Origin: Scyliorhinus canicula | Taxonomy: Eukaryota | NCBI RefSeq assembly: GCF_902713615.1 | Contig: NC_052166.1 | Coordinates: 45,609,870 to 45,673,869 of the forward strand | Direction of reading: 5' to 3' | Length of the DNA: 64,000 nt | In this document: piece after piece, positions 1 through 11,779 of the stretch | How the letters are laid out: each line of letters opens with the position of its first letter | Numbering within the stretch: position 1 is the first letter of the stretch | Notes under the pieces: model-generated | What the model was told of the DNA's origin: nothing | The model's input: the letters and a program-made list of their open reading frames with translations, nothing else | The model's database searches: none | Position numbers and translations under genes: made by a program

Positions 1-2400
1 GGAGGGGGTGATGGACGGATAATTGGGAGGGGGTGATGGACGGTTAATGAGGGGGTGACTGACGGATAATGGGGAGGGTGTGATTGGCGGAGAATGGGGA
101 GGGGGAAGTAGGGAGGAGCACGAGGGGGGTGCATGGTGAGTTGGTAATGGTGGAGGGAGGGGGAAGTAGGGAGGAGCACGAGGGGGGTGCATGTTGAGTG
201 GGTATGGGGGGAGAAAGGGAAGGCGGGACTGGGCAGGAGAATGGGGAGGGGTTCTGGGCGGGAGAATGGGGAGGGGGCGATCGGGAGAGAATGGGGAGGG
301 TGTGATGGGGGAGAATGCGGAGGGGGGTGATGGGGAGACTGGGGAGGGGGTGAAGGGGGATCCGAAGGTGCGGGGGATTTGGGAGGAGAACGGGGAGGAG
401 GTGATCAGGGCAGAATGAGGTGGGGTGAATGGGGAGGGGGTGATGGTGGAAGGGGAATGGGGAGGAGTTGATGGTGGAGGGAGGGGGGCAGTAGGCAGGA
501 GCTCGAGGGGGGTGGATGGTGAGGGCGTATGGGAGGGAGAAGGGGGACGGGGTATGGGGGGGAGAATGGGGACGGGTTTGGGGGGAGAATGGGGAGGGGG
601 TGATGGGGGGAGAATTGGAGGGGTGGTGGGGAAGAATGGGGAGGGGGTGATGGTGGAAGGGGAATGGGGAGGAGTTGATGGTGGAGGGAGGGAGGCAGTA
701 GGGAGGAGCTCGAGGGGGGTGGATGGTGAGGGGGAATGGGGGCAGAATGGGGACGGGGTATGGGGGTGAGAATGGGGAGGGGTTCTAGGCAGGTGAATGG
801 GGAGGGGGCAATGGGGGGAGAATTGGTAGGGGGAAAAAGGAGAAGGGGTAATGGGGAGGGGGATTTTGGGGGAGAACGGGGAGGTGTTGCAGAGAATGGC
901 GAGGGGGTGATCAGGGGAGAATGGGTGATGGGGAGAATTGGGAGGGGGTGATGGGGGAGAATGGGGAGGGGGTGGTGGGGGAAGAATGGGGAGGGGGTGA
1001 TGGTGGAAGGGGAATTGGGAGGGAGGGAGGAAGTAGGGAGGAGCTCGAGGGGGATGGATGGTGAGGGGGTATGGGGGGCAGAATGGGGACGGGGTATGGG
1101 GTGAGAATGGGGAGGGGTTCTAGGCAGGTGAATGGGGAGGGGGCAATGGGGGGAGAATTGGTAGGGGGAAAAAGGGGAAGGGGTAATGGGGAGGGGGATT
1201 TTGGGGGAGAACGGGGAGGTGTTGCAGAGAATGGCGAGGGGGTGATCAGGGGAGAATTGGGAGGTAGGTGATGGGGTGAATGGGGAGGGGGTGATGGGGG
1301 GAGAATGGGGAGGGGATGATGGCGAGGGGTGATGGTGGAAGGGGAATGGGGAGGAGTTGATGGGGAGGGAGGGAGGAAGTAGGGAGGAGCTCGAGGGGGT
1401 GGATGGTGAGGGGTATGGGGGAGAATGGGGTCGGGGTATGGGGGTGAGAATGGGGAGGGGTTCTGGGCAGGTGAATGGGGAGGGGGCAATGTGGGGGAGA
1501 ATTGGTAGGGGGAAGAAGGGGCAATGGGGAGGGGGATTCGGGGAGAACGGGGAGGTGATAGGGAGAATGGCGAGGGGGTGATCAGGGGCGAAATTCTCCG
1601 ACCCCATGCAGGGTTGGAGAATCGGCCGGCGGCGGCGTTATTCCCGCTCCCACCGGGTTTTTAATTCTCCGAGCGGCCAAAAACCGGCGTTGTGCAAATC
1701 CCGCCGGCAGCCTCTGAAAACAGCTGGCGCCGGCGGGATGTCATTGATTTTTGTCAGACAGGCATTCTCCGTGCCGGATGGGCCGAATTCCCGCCGACAT
1801 GGCCAGAGAATTGGGAGGGGGTGTTGGGAGAATTGGGAGGGGTGTTGGGGGGGAGAATTGGAAGGGGGGTGTGGGAGAATTGGGAGGGGGTGATGGGGAG
1901 AAATGGGAGGGTTTGCTGGGGGGAGGTGGGGAGGGGGTGTTGGGAGAATTGGGAGGGGGTGTTGGGGGGAAGGGGTGATGCGGGGTTGGTGGTGGAGGGA
2001 GGGGGAAGTAGCGAGGAGCTCGAGGGGGTGAATGGGGAGGGGGTATGGGGGAGAATGGGAGGGGGGTGTTGGGGGGAGAATTGGGAGGGGGTGTTGGGGG
2101 GAGAATTGGGAGGGGGTGTTGGGAGAATTGGGAGGGGGTGTTGGGGGGAAGGGGTGAGATGTGGAGAGGGAGAGCTGGGAAGGAAGGGCGAGATGTGGAG
2201 AGGGCAAGATGAGCGAGGGTGATATCGGGAGGGAGGGAGACCTCAATGCGGGGGGGATGAGGACATTGTGAATGCAGGTAGAGGGGGAAGAGTTGGGGTG
2301 GGGGGAGGGAGAACAGTTGCGGGAATGTAAGGCAGACAGGAAGAGATATAGAATGAGGGGGAGAGAGAGTGATAGTGAGGATGGAGAGATAATGAGAGGC
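1..2400. repeat. Degenerate G/A-rich (polypurine) minisatellite-like array
   Basis: Recurring units such as GGAGAATGGGGAGGGG and GGAGGAGCTCGAGGGGGTGGATGGTGAGGGG with strong G-strand bias. The Pro-rich and Gly-rich ORFs here are by-products. Confidence 0.9.
1585..1800. mobile_element. Truncated GC-rich PIF/Harbinger-like MITE inside the G-rich array
   Basis: Starts GGGGCGAAATTCTCCGACCCC...GGGTTGGAGAAT, the terminal motif and hairpin seen in other copies. Confidence 0.6.
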
Positions 2401-2650
2401 AGGCTCGGCTTTTGGAACAGTAGTCCGCATGCCGGCATTTGGGGGGTGGTTAAATTTTGGGCAAGGGGGCAAGCGAGAGTGGGAATGCTTTGAGCTGAAC
2501 GCCCACTTCCAAGTGCCCTATCTCCATATTGCCGCTGAGAGTCTCTGCTAGTATAGAGCTGGGAGACCTTTGCTGCACTTCTCCATCATACTTAAACTGG
2601 CAGGCTGAACGAGGGCCTGAGTTTCCTACAATGGCTGCTGATCCATGAAG

Positions 2651-2952
2651 ATAATAATCTTTATTGTCACAAGTAGGCTTACATTAACACTGCAATGAAG
2701 TTACTGTGAAAAGCCCTTAGTCGCCTCATTCCGGCACCTGTTCGGGTACACGGAGGGAAAATTCAGAATGTCCAAATTGCCTAACAAGCACATCTTTCGG
2801 GACTTGTGGGAGGAAACCGGATCATCCGGAGGAAACCCATGCAGACACAGGGAGAACGTGCAGATTCCGCACAGTGACCCAAGCCAGGAATCGAACCTGG
2901 GATTCTGGCGCCGTGAAGCAACAGTGCTAACCACTGTGCTACCATGCCGCCC
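2651..2952 (-). mobile_element. tRNA-derived V-SINE (HE1-like head), tail type B
   Basis: Minus strand reads GGGCGGCATGGTAGCACAGTGGTTAGC...GGTTCGATTCC (A/B boxes), V-like core, and tail CTTTTCACAGTA...TACTTGTGACAATAAAGATTATTAT. Confidence 0.85.
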
Positions 2953-3680
2953 AAGTGCCTCATAACAGCCTGAGACATCATCGCACTCATGTGAGACACA
3001 GATTCCTCCAATCTCTCTGCAGTGGTACACGGTGCCGCTAGAGATGCTGATAGAATAGTGATGTCCATGGATGAACCACCCCCACGGAGGCTCAGCATCT
3101 GTGTCAAGCTGCGCTTGCATTGTCCTACAGCAAGTTCTCTCTCACTGCTGCCCCAGCTCATTTGTGACTCACCATGCTAGAATGTCTTTGAGGCCCATCA
3201 AACTGTGTATCCAAGCTGGTGGAAGGTGTGCAAGTGCTTCCTCACAATGTCCAACCTCCTCCTGCACCTTACCGTGTCACCCTTCAAGGACCTGTGGCAG
3301 ATGAAATCCATGGATTGGAACTGACAAGTGGAAAGGGGTCAAAGCCGTCATTGTGTTGTTGGTTATATCTCAGTTACTAGCGACATCAATTCAGCATGTA
3401 AGTGTGGTGTGCCATGGAACTGGAATATATCTTATTCTGTCAGCAGGTTCTAGGAGACCCAATCTCCATGTCAAATGGCCGTGCACTCGACCTCTCTGGA
3501 TCTCCAACCTGCATCCTCCAAAGCGATCAGTGACAATTACTGGAAGGCCAGCTCGCGTTCGCCACCTCTTTTGGAATTCTGTGTCTGGAGTGTGAGAAAA
3601 TGATTGTTTCGAGAGAATGGTTGGGACAGCATTTATGGAGGATGGGTGTGAGACGTGTGGTGAATGTCTTCACCAGGAGA

Positions 3681-3899
3681 TGTGGTGCCTGTGTAACCTT
3701 CAACATTTAAGGATTGAGCTGGAACCCCGGTGGGCTCCGCCTCTGGCTCCCCCCCCCCCCCCCCCCCTGGATGATATATAGTCCTGCGCCCAGAGGGTGG
3801 CGCTCATTTGTACAGAAGTCACTGGCAGGCCAGTTCTTTGTGTAATAAAGCCTTCGTTCACTTGTTCATATGGTCTCGCTGTGAACTGATGATATATCA
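3681..3899 (+). mobile_element. Possible solo LTR
   Basis: TG...CA ends, TATATA at ~3775, AATAAA at ~3844. No clean 4-5 bp TSD. Confidence 0.4.
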
Positions 3900-4536
3900 A
3901 GACGGCAATCAGATAAAGTTGAGTGTCACTGATGGCTGTTCGAATAGGTAAGTGAAGAGGTGCCTCGAGGAGAGGGAGGGGTGAAGCTGCAGAGCATGTT
4001 GGTCTGGGGAACACTGCAGGAGAATGCTTGGGACTATTGCGTGTTCTTGATCAGTACGTACCAGTCAGATAGGGAGGAAAGGGTAGAGCGAGGGAACCGT
4101 GGTTTACCAAAGAAGTGGAATCTCTTGTTAAGAGGGAAAAGGAGGCCTATGTGAAGATGAGGCGTGAAGTTTCAGTTGGGGCGCTTGATAGTTACAGCGA
4201 AGCGAGGAAGGCTCTAAAGAGAGAGCTAAGACGAGCAAGGAGGGGACATGAGAAGTCTTTGGCAGGTAGGATCAAGGAAAACCCAAAAGCTTTCTATAGG
4301 TATGTCAGGAATAAAAGAATGACTAGGGTAAGAGTAGGGCCAGTCAAGGACAGTGGTGGGAAGTTGTGTGTGGAGGCTGAGGAGATAAGCGAGATACTAA
4401 ATGAATACTTTTCGTCAGTATTCACTCAGGAAAAAGATAATATTGTGGAGGAGAATGCTGAGACCCAGGCTATTAGAATAGATTAGAGTAAGAAGTCTTA
4501 CAACACCAGGTTAAAGTCCAACAGGTTTGTTTCAAA

Positions 4537-4571
4537 CACGAGCTTTCGGAGCACGGCTCCTTCTTCAGGTG
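4537..4571 (-). ncRNA. Minimal type I hammerhead ribozyme (mirror copy in the inverted arm)
   Basis: Exact reverse complement of 5955-5989. Confidence 0.75.
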
Positions 4572-5207
4572 AATGGAAAGGCTTGTTCCAGAAATGTTTA
4601 TATAGACACAGTCAGAGATGCCCCGGAATGCGAGCACCTGCAGGCAATCAAATCATCAAAGATGCAGAGAGAGAGGTAACTCCAGGTTAAAGAGGTGTGA
4701 ATTGTCCCAAGCCAGTTCAGTCGGTAGGCCTCTGCAAGTCCAGGCTTGTTGGTGGGGGCCGAATGTAATGCGACATGAATCCCAGATCCCGGTTGAGTCC
4801 GCATTCATGCGTGCGGAACTTAGCTATAAGTTTTTGCTCAGCAATTTTGCGTTGTCGCGTCTCCTGAAGGCCTCCTTGTAGAATGCTGACCCGGAGATCA
4901 GAGGCTGAATGTCCTTGACTGCTGAAGTGTTCCCCAACTGGAAGGGAACAGTCCTGCCTGTTGATAGTCGCACGATGCCCGTTTATTCGTTGTCGCAGTG
5001 TCTGCATGGTCTCGCCAATGTACCACGCTTCGGGACATCCTTTCCTGCAGCGTATGAGGTAGACTACATTGGTCGAGTCGCACGAGTATGCGCCGCGTAC
5101 CTGGTGGGTGGTGTTTCCACGTGTAATGGTGGTGTCCATGTCGATGATCTGGCATGTCTTGCAGAGATTACCCTGGCAGGGTTTTGTGGTGTTGTGGTTG
5201 CTGTTCT

Positions 5208-5809
5208 CGCTGTGAGGATGGACATCTTGCCAAGGTCATCCCCACACCCCCACTACTGGCCTTCAAACAACCGCGCAACCTCAAACAAACCATTGTTTGC
5301 AGCAAATTACCCAGCCTTCAGAACAGCAACCACAACACCACAAACCCTGCCAGGGTAATCTCTGCAAGACATGCCAGATCATCGACATGGACACCACCAT
5401 TACACGTGGAAACACCACCCACCAGGTACGCGGCGCATACTCGTGCGACTCGACCAATGTAGTCTACCTCATACGCTGCAGGAAAGGATGTCCCGAAGCG
5501 TGGTACATTGGCGAGACCATGCAGACACTGCGACAACGAATAAACGGGCATCGTGCGACTATCAACAGGCAGGACTGTTCCCTTCCAGTTGGGGAACACT
5601 TCAGCAGTCAAGGACATTCAGCCTCTGATCTCCGGGTCAGCATTCTACAAGGAGGCCTTCAGGAGACGCGACAACGCAAAATTGCTGAGCAAAAACTTAT
5701 AGCTAAGTTCCGCACGCATGAATGCGGACTCAACCGGGATCTGGGATTCATGTCGCATTACATTCGGCCCCCACCAACAAGCCTGGACTTGCAGAGGCCT
5801 ACCGACTGA
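5208..5809 (+). pseudogene. Penelope ORF C-terminus (linker plus GIY-YIG endonuclease) with a 1-bp frameshift at ~5343
   Basis: PPLLAFKQPRNLKQTIV (ORF 5154) joins PCQGNLCKTC...VVYLIRC...YIGET (ORF 5297) only if the A present in the inverted arm (ACAAAACCC vs ACAAACCC) is restored. Confidence 0.88.
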
Positions 5810-5954
5810 ACTGGCTTGGGACAATTCACACCTCTTTAACCTGGAGTTACCTCTCTCTCTGCATCTTCGATGATTTGATTGCCTGCAGGTGCTCGCATTC
5901 CGGGGCATCTCTGACTGTGTCTATATAAACATTTCTGGAACAAGCCTTTCCATT

Positions 5955-5989
5955 CACCTGAAGAAGGAGCCGTGCTCCGAAAGCTCGTG
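5955..5989 (+). ncRNA. Minimal type I hammerhead ribozyme in the Penelope 3' repeat
   Basis: CAC-CTGAAGA-A-GGAGC(cgt)GCTCC-GAAA-GC-TC-GTG: CUGANGA and GAAA cores, 5-bp stem II, 3-bp stem I, palindromic AGCU at stem III. Confidence 0.75.
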
Positions 5990-6087
5990 TTTGAAACAAA
6001 CCTGTTGGACTTTAACCTGGTGTTGTAAGACTTCTTACTGTGCTCACCCCAGTCCAACGCCGGCATCTCCACATCATTAGAATAGAT

Positions 6088-7595
6088 GGCATTGAGGTGC
6101 GTAGGGAAGAAATGTTGGCAATTCTGGACAAGGTGAAAATAGATAAGTCCTCAGGGCCTGATGGGATTTATCCTAGGATTCTCTGGGAAGCCAGGGAAGA
6201 GATTGCTGAGCCTTTGGCTTTGATTTTTAGGCCATCATTGGCTACAGGAATAGTGCCAGACTGGAGGATAGCAAATGTGGTCCCTTTGTTCAAGAAGGGG
6301 AGTAGAGATAACCCCGGTAACTATAGGCCGGTGAGCCTAACGTCTGTGGTGGGTAAAGTCTTGGAGAGGATTATAAAAGATACGATTTATAATCATCTAG
6401 ATATGAATAATATGATTAGGGATAGCATGGTTTTGTGAAGGGTAGGTCATGCCTCACAAACCTTATCGAGTTCTTTGAGAAGGTGACTGAACAGGTAGAC
6501 GAGGGTAGAGCAGTTGATATGGTGTATATGGATTTCAGTAAAGCGTTTGATAAGGTTCCCCACGGTCGGCTATTGCAGAAAATACGGAGGCTGGGGATTG
6601 AGGGTGATTTAGAGATGTGGATCAGAAATTGGCTAGTTGAAAGAAGACAGAGAGTGGTGGTTGATGGGAAATGTTCAGAATGGAGTTCAGTTACGAGTGG
6701 CGTACCACAAGGATCTGTTCTGGGGCCGTTGCTGTTTGTCATTTTTATAAATGACCTAGAGGAGGGCTCAGAAGGATGGGTGAGTAAATTTGCAGACGAC
6801 ACTAAAGTTGGTGGAGTTGTAGACAGTGCGGAAGGATGTTGCAGGTTACAGAGGGACATAGATAAGCTGCAGAGCTGGGCTGAGAGGTGGCAAATGGAGT
6901 TTAATGAGGAGAAGTGTGAGGTGATTCACTTTGGAAAGAATAACAGGAATGTGGAATATTTGGCTAATGGTAAACTTCTTGGTAGTGTGGATGAGCAGAG
7001 GGATCTCGGTATCCATGTACATAGATCCCTGAAAGTTGCCACCCAGGTTGATAGGGTTGTGAAGGCCTATGGTGTGTTGGCCTTTATTGGTAGAGGGATT
7101 GAGTTCCGGAGCCATGAGGTCATGTTGCAGTTGTACAAAACTCTAGTACGGCCGCATTTGGAGTATTGCGTACAGTTCTGGTCGCCTCATTATAGGAAGG
7201 ACGTGGAAGCTTTGGAACGGGTGCAGAGGAGGTTTACCAGGATGTTGCCTGGTATGGAGGGAAAATCTTATGAGGAAAGGCTGATGGACTTGAGGTTGTT
7301 TTCATTAGAGAGAAGAAGGTTAAGAGGTGACTTAATAGAGGCATACAAAATGATCAGAGGGTTAGATAGGGTGGACAGCGAGAGCCTTCTCCCGCGGATG
7401 GAGGTGGCTAGCACGAGGGGACATAGCCTTAAATTGAGGGGTAATAGATATAGGACAGAGGTCAGAGGTGGGTTTTTTACGCAAAGAGTGGTGAGGCCGT
7501 GGAATGCCCTACCTGCAACAGTAGTGAACTCGCCAACATTGAGGGCATTTAAAAGTTTTTTGGATAAGCATATGGATGATAAGGGCATAGTGTAG
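6088..7595 (+). pseudogene. CR1 ORF2 reverse transcriptase (frameshift near 6425)
   Basis: ORFs 6040-6438 and 6435-7595 are consecutive RT segments in different frames, with non-LTR RT motifs (DFSKAFDKVPH, QGSVLGP, FADD). Confidence 0.9.
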
Positions 7596-7859
7596 ATTAG
7601 ATGGCCTTTAGTTTTTTCCATGTCGGTGCAACATCGAGGGCCGAAGGGCCTGTACTGCGCTGTATTGTTCTATGTTCTAAGTCAGAGTGTGTGAGTTGAC
7701 ACTTTAATGTGGGCTGCACAATATATCCTCTACAAAATGCTACTGCTGATCCAGTTATGTCTATTTGGCTTCTAATGCTCTCTAGTGCCTGTCCACTAGG
7801 AAGAGTATCTCTCTGCAGGCTCAAATAACGCAGGCAAGCCTTTCCACAGCCTTAAATTG

Positions 7860-8027
7860 GTTGTAAATGTCATTCTGAGCACAGAGGGTAATTTAGTAGA
7901 TGGTGTTCAATAGCGGAATCACATCTAATGGTGGACATTGTTGTTTGAGTTTTACAAGCACGGATTGGTTGCCCGTTATGGAAGGGGCATGCTGTTTTGA
8001 CACAATCCGCCAGAGTCCCAAAGGCAC
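7860..8027 (-). pseudogene. Old Penelope-like endonuclease remnant
   Basis: Minus-strand translation RACKTQTTMSTIRCDSAIEHHLLN, plus a degenerate LADRIKQH-like segment. Confidence 0.5.
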
Positions 8028-8028
8028 A

Positions 8029-8475
8029 GGGCAGGATTCTCCGGTTGCCGAAATCGCGTTCGCTGATTGGCTGGAGAATCACAGTTCCCGACCAAATCAG
8101 GGGCGGCACCACTTTCACGATGCTCCGCCCCCTCCAAAGCGGCGTACTCGGAGAGTACGCCTCGCGACGTATCAACGGCCTCATGACCTTGCCTGAGGCC
8201 GGCCCCCCGATGCTCCGCCCCTGACTGGCCAAGTTTCCGACAGTGTGGTTCTCTCATGGTCCTATCTGTCGGGAACTCAGCATGGCAGCTGCGGATTCAG
8301 TCCAGCGCCGCCACAGTCAGGGGAGGTCCGATCCACGTCAGGGGTGATTTTATTAGGGGCTGGGGGCACTGTGGGTTGTGGTCCCTGCGCGGACTGGCCA
8401 AAGGGAGGGGGGCACTATTTCGCGGGCCGGATCCGTGAGCTTTCGCCGCCATCTAGCATGGCGCGGCCGCTTGCC
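8029..8475. mobile_element. Truncated GC-rich Harbinger-like MITE
   Basis: Starts GGGCAGGATTCTCC with an internal GGAGAATC motif. Right end not found. Confidence 0.6.
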
Positions 8476-9539
8476 AACCAATCAACACTTTCAAACAGTA
8501 TAAATTTGTCATTTCCCCTGACATTAGAATTGCGAACTGCCCCGATGAGTGCAAAATCAAAAGCTTCAGCAAAAAAAAGTCATATTTTCAGCAATATTCA
8601 AAAAGGCCTGCCTTGTACTTCTGCACAATACTAACAAGCAATAGTTTGTACGGGGCTGCAGCAAAGTTAGATTATGCATCATGAAGTTCTTTTTCAAATT
8701 TGGATAGCCATGGGCATTCACGGGAACAATTGTGGTACAACGCCTCCAGGTGTTTTTCAATCGGAACAATGCTTACACATCCCACTCATTCCCAAGCAGA
8801 ATGGGAGATATATGCTGTTAACTGAAAAGGCAGAAATGTTTACAGCAATAGTACTAAATCATAAATGACAAGAAATGAAATGAAAATCGCTTATTGTCAC
8901 GAGTAGGCTTCAAATGAAGTTACTGTGAAAAACAACCTGTTATAGATTTTTTATGGACCTTAACTACCACAGAAAACATCTTAAAGTGAAAAATGTTGAA
9001 TAGAGAAACAATGCAACCATTATGAAGTAGTAGACTGGAAGATTTTACCTGAAATGGTTAATAAAAGCAGAATCAGCTCTTTTGTATCGGGTGTGCATTA
9101 TCACCAGGGTGAAGAACAACGGGGACAATGTGTGGGGAAGATCATGAGGCTGTTTTGAGTGAGATAATCGTGACCCAACAAACCACGCAACACTCCCCAA
9201 AATATCCTGATTCTCTTCCCATTTAAATGATTGCTTCCTTTGCCAAGACACGTCAATACACTTAAAAGAAACATGACAATTCGATGTGCAAATCTTATGT
9301 TGAATCAAGTTTTTAAGCACAAGAAGAGCCATCCTTTGTTGGGTTTTAAAGATGTATGCACATGTATACTAGTGTGCAATTTGCAATGGTTATGTTATTG
9401 AACTAGAAATCCAGAGAATGTGTTCCAATTACATCATGGAAATGTGAGAATTTTAAATACATCACAAAATGATAATAAGCTGGTGCACACACTGGTGTGA
9501 CCACAACGCTGGTTGTAAAAACCCAACTGGTTCACTAAT

Positions 9540-10200
9540 GGGCGGGATTAGTGTGCCGGGTCGGCGAATCGCCAAGGGGTAGCGTGAATCCCGCACCGAT
9601 GCTGGCTGCCGAATTCTGCAGCACCGGGGTTTTGGCGGAGATGGGAATCGCGCCGTTCAGCGGAGGCTGGCAGTGCCGCCCCCCCCCCCCATCCCCGGTG
9701 ATTCTCCGCCCTGCGATGGGCTGAGCAGCCGTCCGTTTTCAAACGGCCGCCCGTAAATCAAACCAGGTCCGTACCGGCGGGACCTGGCTCGACGGGTGGC
9801 CTGCAGAGTCCTCAAGGGGGACGCGGGGGGATCTGTCCCTGGGCGGGGGGGGGGGGGTGCCTGGCCCGCGATCAGGGCCTACACATCCACAGGCAGGCCT
9901 GTGCCATGGGGGCACTTTCCCTTTCCCTCCGCGCCGGCAGCTGTCAAGATCTGCCATGGCTGTCGCGGAGAAGAACCCCCCAGCACATGCTGGCACTCCC
10001 GCGCATGCACCGGCCGGCGGAGGCCCTTCGGTGCCTGTTGGCGCAGCGCCAAGCCCTTCCGCGCCAGCTGGCGTGGCGCCAACCCCGCCAGCGGCGGTCG
10101 AGCCACTGAAGGTGCGGAATCCGGCCCGACGCCGGAGTGCTTTACGCCACTCCACGGCGTCGGTGCGGCTCACCCCGCCGGGTCGGAGAGAATCCCGCCC
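9540..10200. mobile_element. Full-length GC-rich Harbinger-like MITE, TSD AAT
   Basis: GGGCGGGATT...AATCCCGCCC termini. AAT at 9537-9539 and 10201-10203. Splits an older SINE-like repeat (GGTTCACTAAT|GT). Confidence 0.88.
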
Positions 10201-10529
10201 AATGTTCTTCGGGGAAATGTTGGTTACACTCTTAACTAACTTAGTCTAAATGGGATATCCAGTCCCATACCATTGTGTTTGATACTAAATGCTGCCAACT
10301 ACACAAAGGAAAACAGTATTTATTATCAGTGCAGACAACATATGCAGGAATAGAAATAATCTCTTAATCGTGTGTTGGAATTCTTCAGAAGCACATGTAA
10401 AACAAACTAAAATCTGATGAGGATTCCTAGCTTCCAGGACTCAACTTGAAGGACCGATGTTTGAAAACTTAATCTGCTTCTGAGAAGTCATGCTGTGATG
10501 TATTAGCGTCCGAGTGAATATCACTCGGA

Positions 10530-11175
10530 AATTTATTTGTATTCTTTCACGGGATGTGAGCTGAAAGGCCAACCCATCCCATCCCCAATTGCGGTTGAAC
10601 TGTGTGGCTTGCTGGGCAATTTCAGAGGGCAGTTAAGAGTCAATACATTGTGGGTCTGTAGTAACATAGAACAATAGAATTTCTACATCATAGAATGTGG
10701 CCATTTGGCCCATCTAGTCTGCACCGACCCTCTGAAAGAGCTCCCTACCAAGGCCCACTCCCCCGCCCTACCCCCTTAACCCCACCTCACCTTCACATCA
10801 TTGGACTTTGAGGAAACCGGAACACCTGGAGAAAATCCACAGTCACAGAGAGAATGTGCAAACTCCACGCAGTCAGTCACCTGGCACGGTGAGGCAGCAG
10901 TACGAACCACTGTGTGCACCATGACATGTAGGTCAGATCAGGTAAGGATGCCAGATTTCCTTCCCGAAAGGACATTAGTGAACCAAATGGATTTTTTCAA
11001 CAATTAATAATGGTTCACACTACCTTAATAGTCAGCTTTATATTCCAAATTTTGTTTTTAGTTAATTGAATTTAAATTCAGCCAGCTGCCCTAGTAGGAT
11101 TTGGACCCATATATCCCCAGAACTGTAGCACGGGCCCTTGGATTATCATCTTGTGACATTGCCACTATCTCCCCT
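10530..11175 (-). mobile_element. Older tRNA-type SINE-like repeat with a nested V-SINE fragment (~10665-10925)
   Basis: Homologous to 44920-45270. The nested fragment has a CR1-type tail and V core. Confidence 0.6.
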
Positions 11176-11779
11176 TCACTTCATGCCTTAGACTGCTGCA
11201 GCTGCTGAAGATTATGGAAACAGGAACTCGGCAGCACAATTCGGGACAGCAAGAGGTACCCAGCCGTGAAAGCCACCTGGAAATGAGGATTTTGCAATGC
11301 CACAAACCCTGTTCACTATTTACTTCCCATCAAAGCCCTAAAATCCTGCATCAATTTTTAGACGCACAGCATTGCAACTTACAAGTTTCTAACATTCCAA
11401 TATCACAACGATATCACAGAAATGCTGCCATAGAATTATCTTTATCCTCGGAATTCTGTACCTGAGAGAAAATAGCAAGAAGACAGAGGCTATATAACAA
11501 GCAACACATTAATTATGAAACAATTGAAACCAGTCTGTAAGGATTAATATCCCCTTTTTAGAAAGCTAAGTGCAGTCTCTTGATATTTGGGATGCTCTTT
11601 GGTTGGAGCTCAGACAGTGCACGTTCTAACAGCTGAATTCTAAGATTGTATAAAAATCCTCCAGATATTTTAGGACCCCATCCAAATATGTCAGGGAGCT
11701 ACCAAGACCACCCATTCTGAAGACACCAAAAACATGGCATCGGTGCTGTATTAGCTGGAACACACCAGTAAGTTCTTCC

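Larger units (their letters stand above)
4484..6075 (+). mobile_element. Penelope-like element, 5'-truncated, with an inverted copy of its 3' portion
   Basis: GIY-YIG endonuclease (NVVYLIRC...WYIGET...GLNRD) preceded by CxxxxCxxC. 4487-5207 is the reverse complement of 5320-6039. Flanked by ATTAGAATAGAT at 4472-4483 and 6076-6087. Confidence 0.93.
4033..7679 (+). mobile_element. 5'-truncated CR1-clade LINE (HER1-like), interrupted by a Penelope-like insertion at 4484-6075
   Basis: ORF2 pieces ...IKENPKAFYRYV..., KSSGPDGIYP, GNYRPVSLTS, GVPQGSVLGP, FADD. 3' UTR ends GAGGGCCGAAGGGCCTGT...TGTTCTATGTTCTA. Confidence 0.95.

Noticed and set aside
405-2472. Long Pro/Ser-rich and Gly-rich ORFs (up to 400 aa)
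   Set aside because: They are translations of the G/A-rich repeat, open in several frames on both strands, with no domain signal.
2960-3660. Possible relic of an autonomous Harbinger (Myb-like ORF region)
   Set aside because: Compositional impression only. No translatable diagnostic motif.
10510-10530. 9-bp inverted repeat TCCGAGTGA-ata-TCACTCGGA (and an 8-bp one at ~53556-53575)
   Set aside because: Isolated short hairpins with no supporting context, compatible with chance in 64 kb.
11383-11461. Minus-strand segment bounded by TTTTCTCTCAG and GTAAGT
   Set aside because: Stop codons in all three frames and no partner exons identified. At most a non-coding exon.
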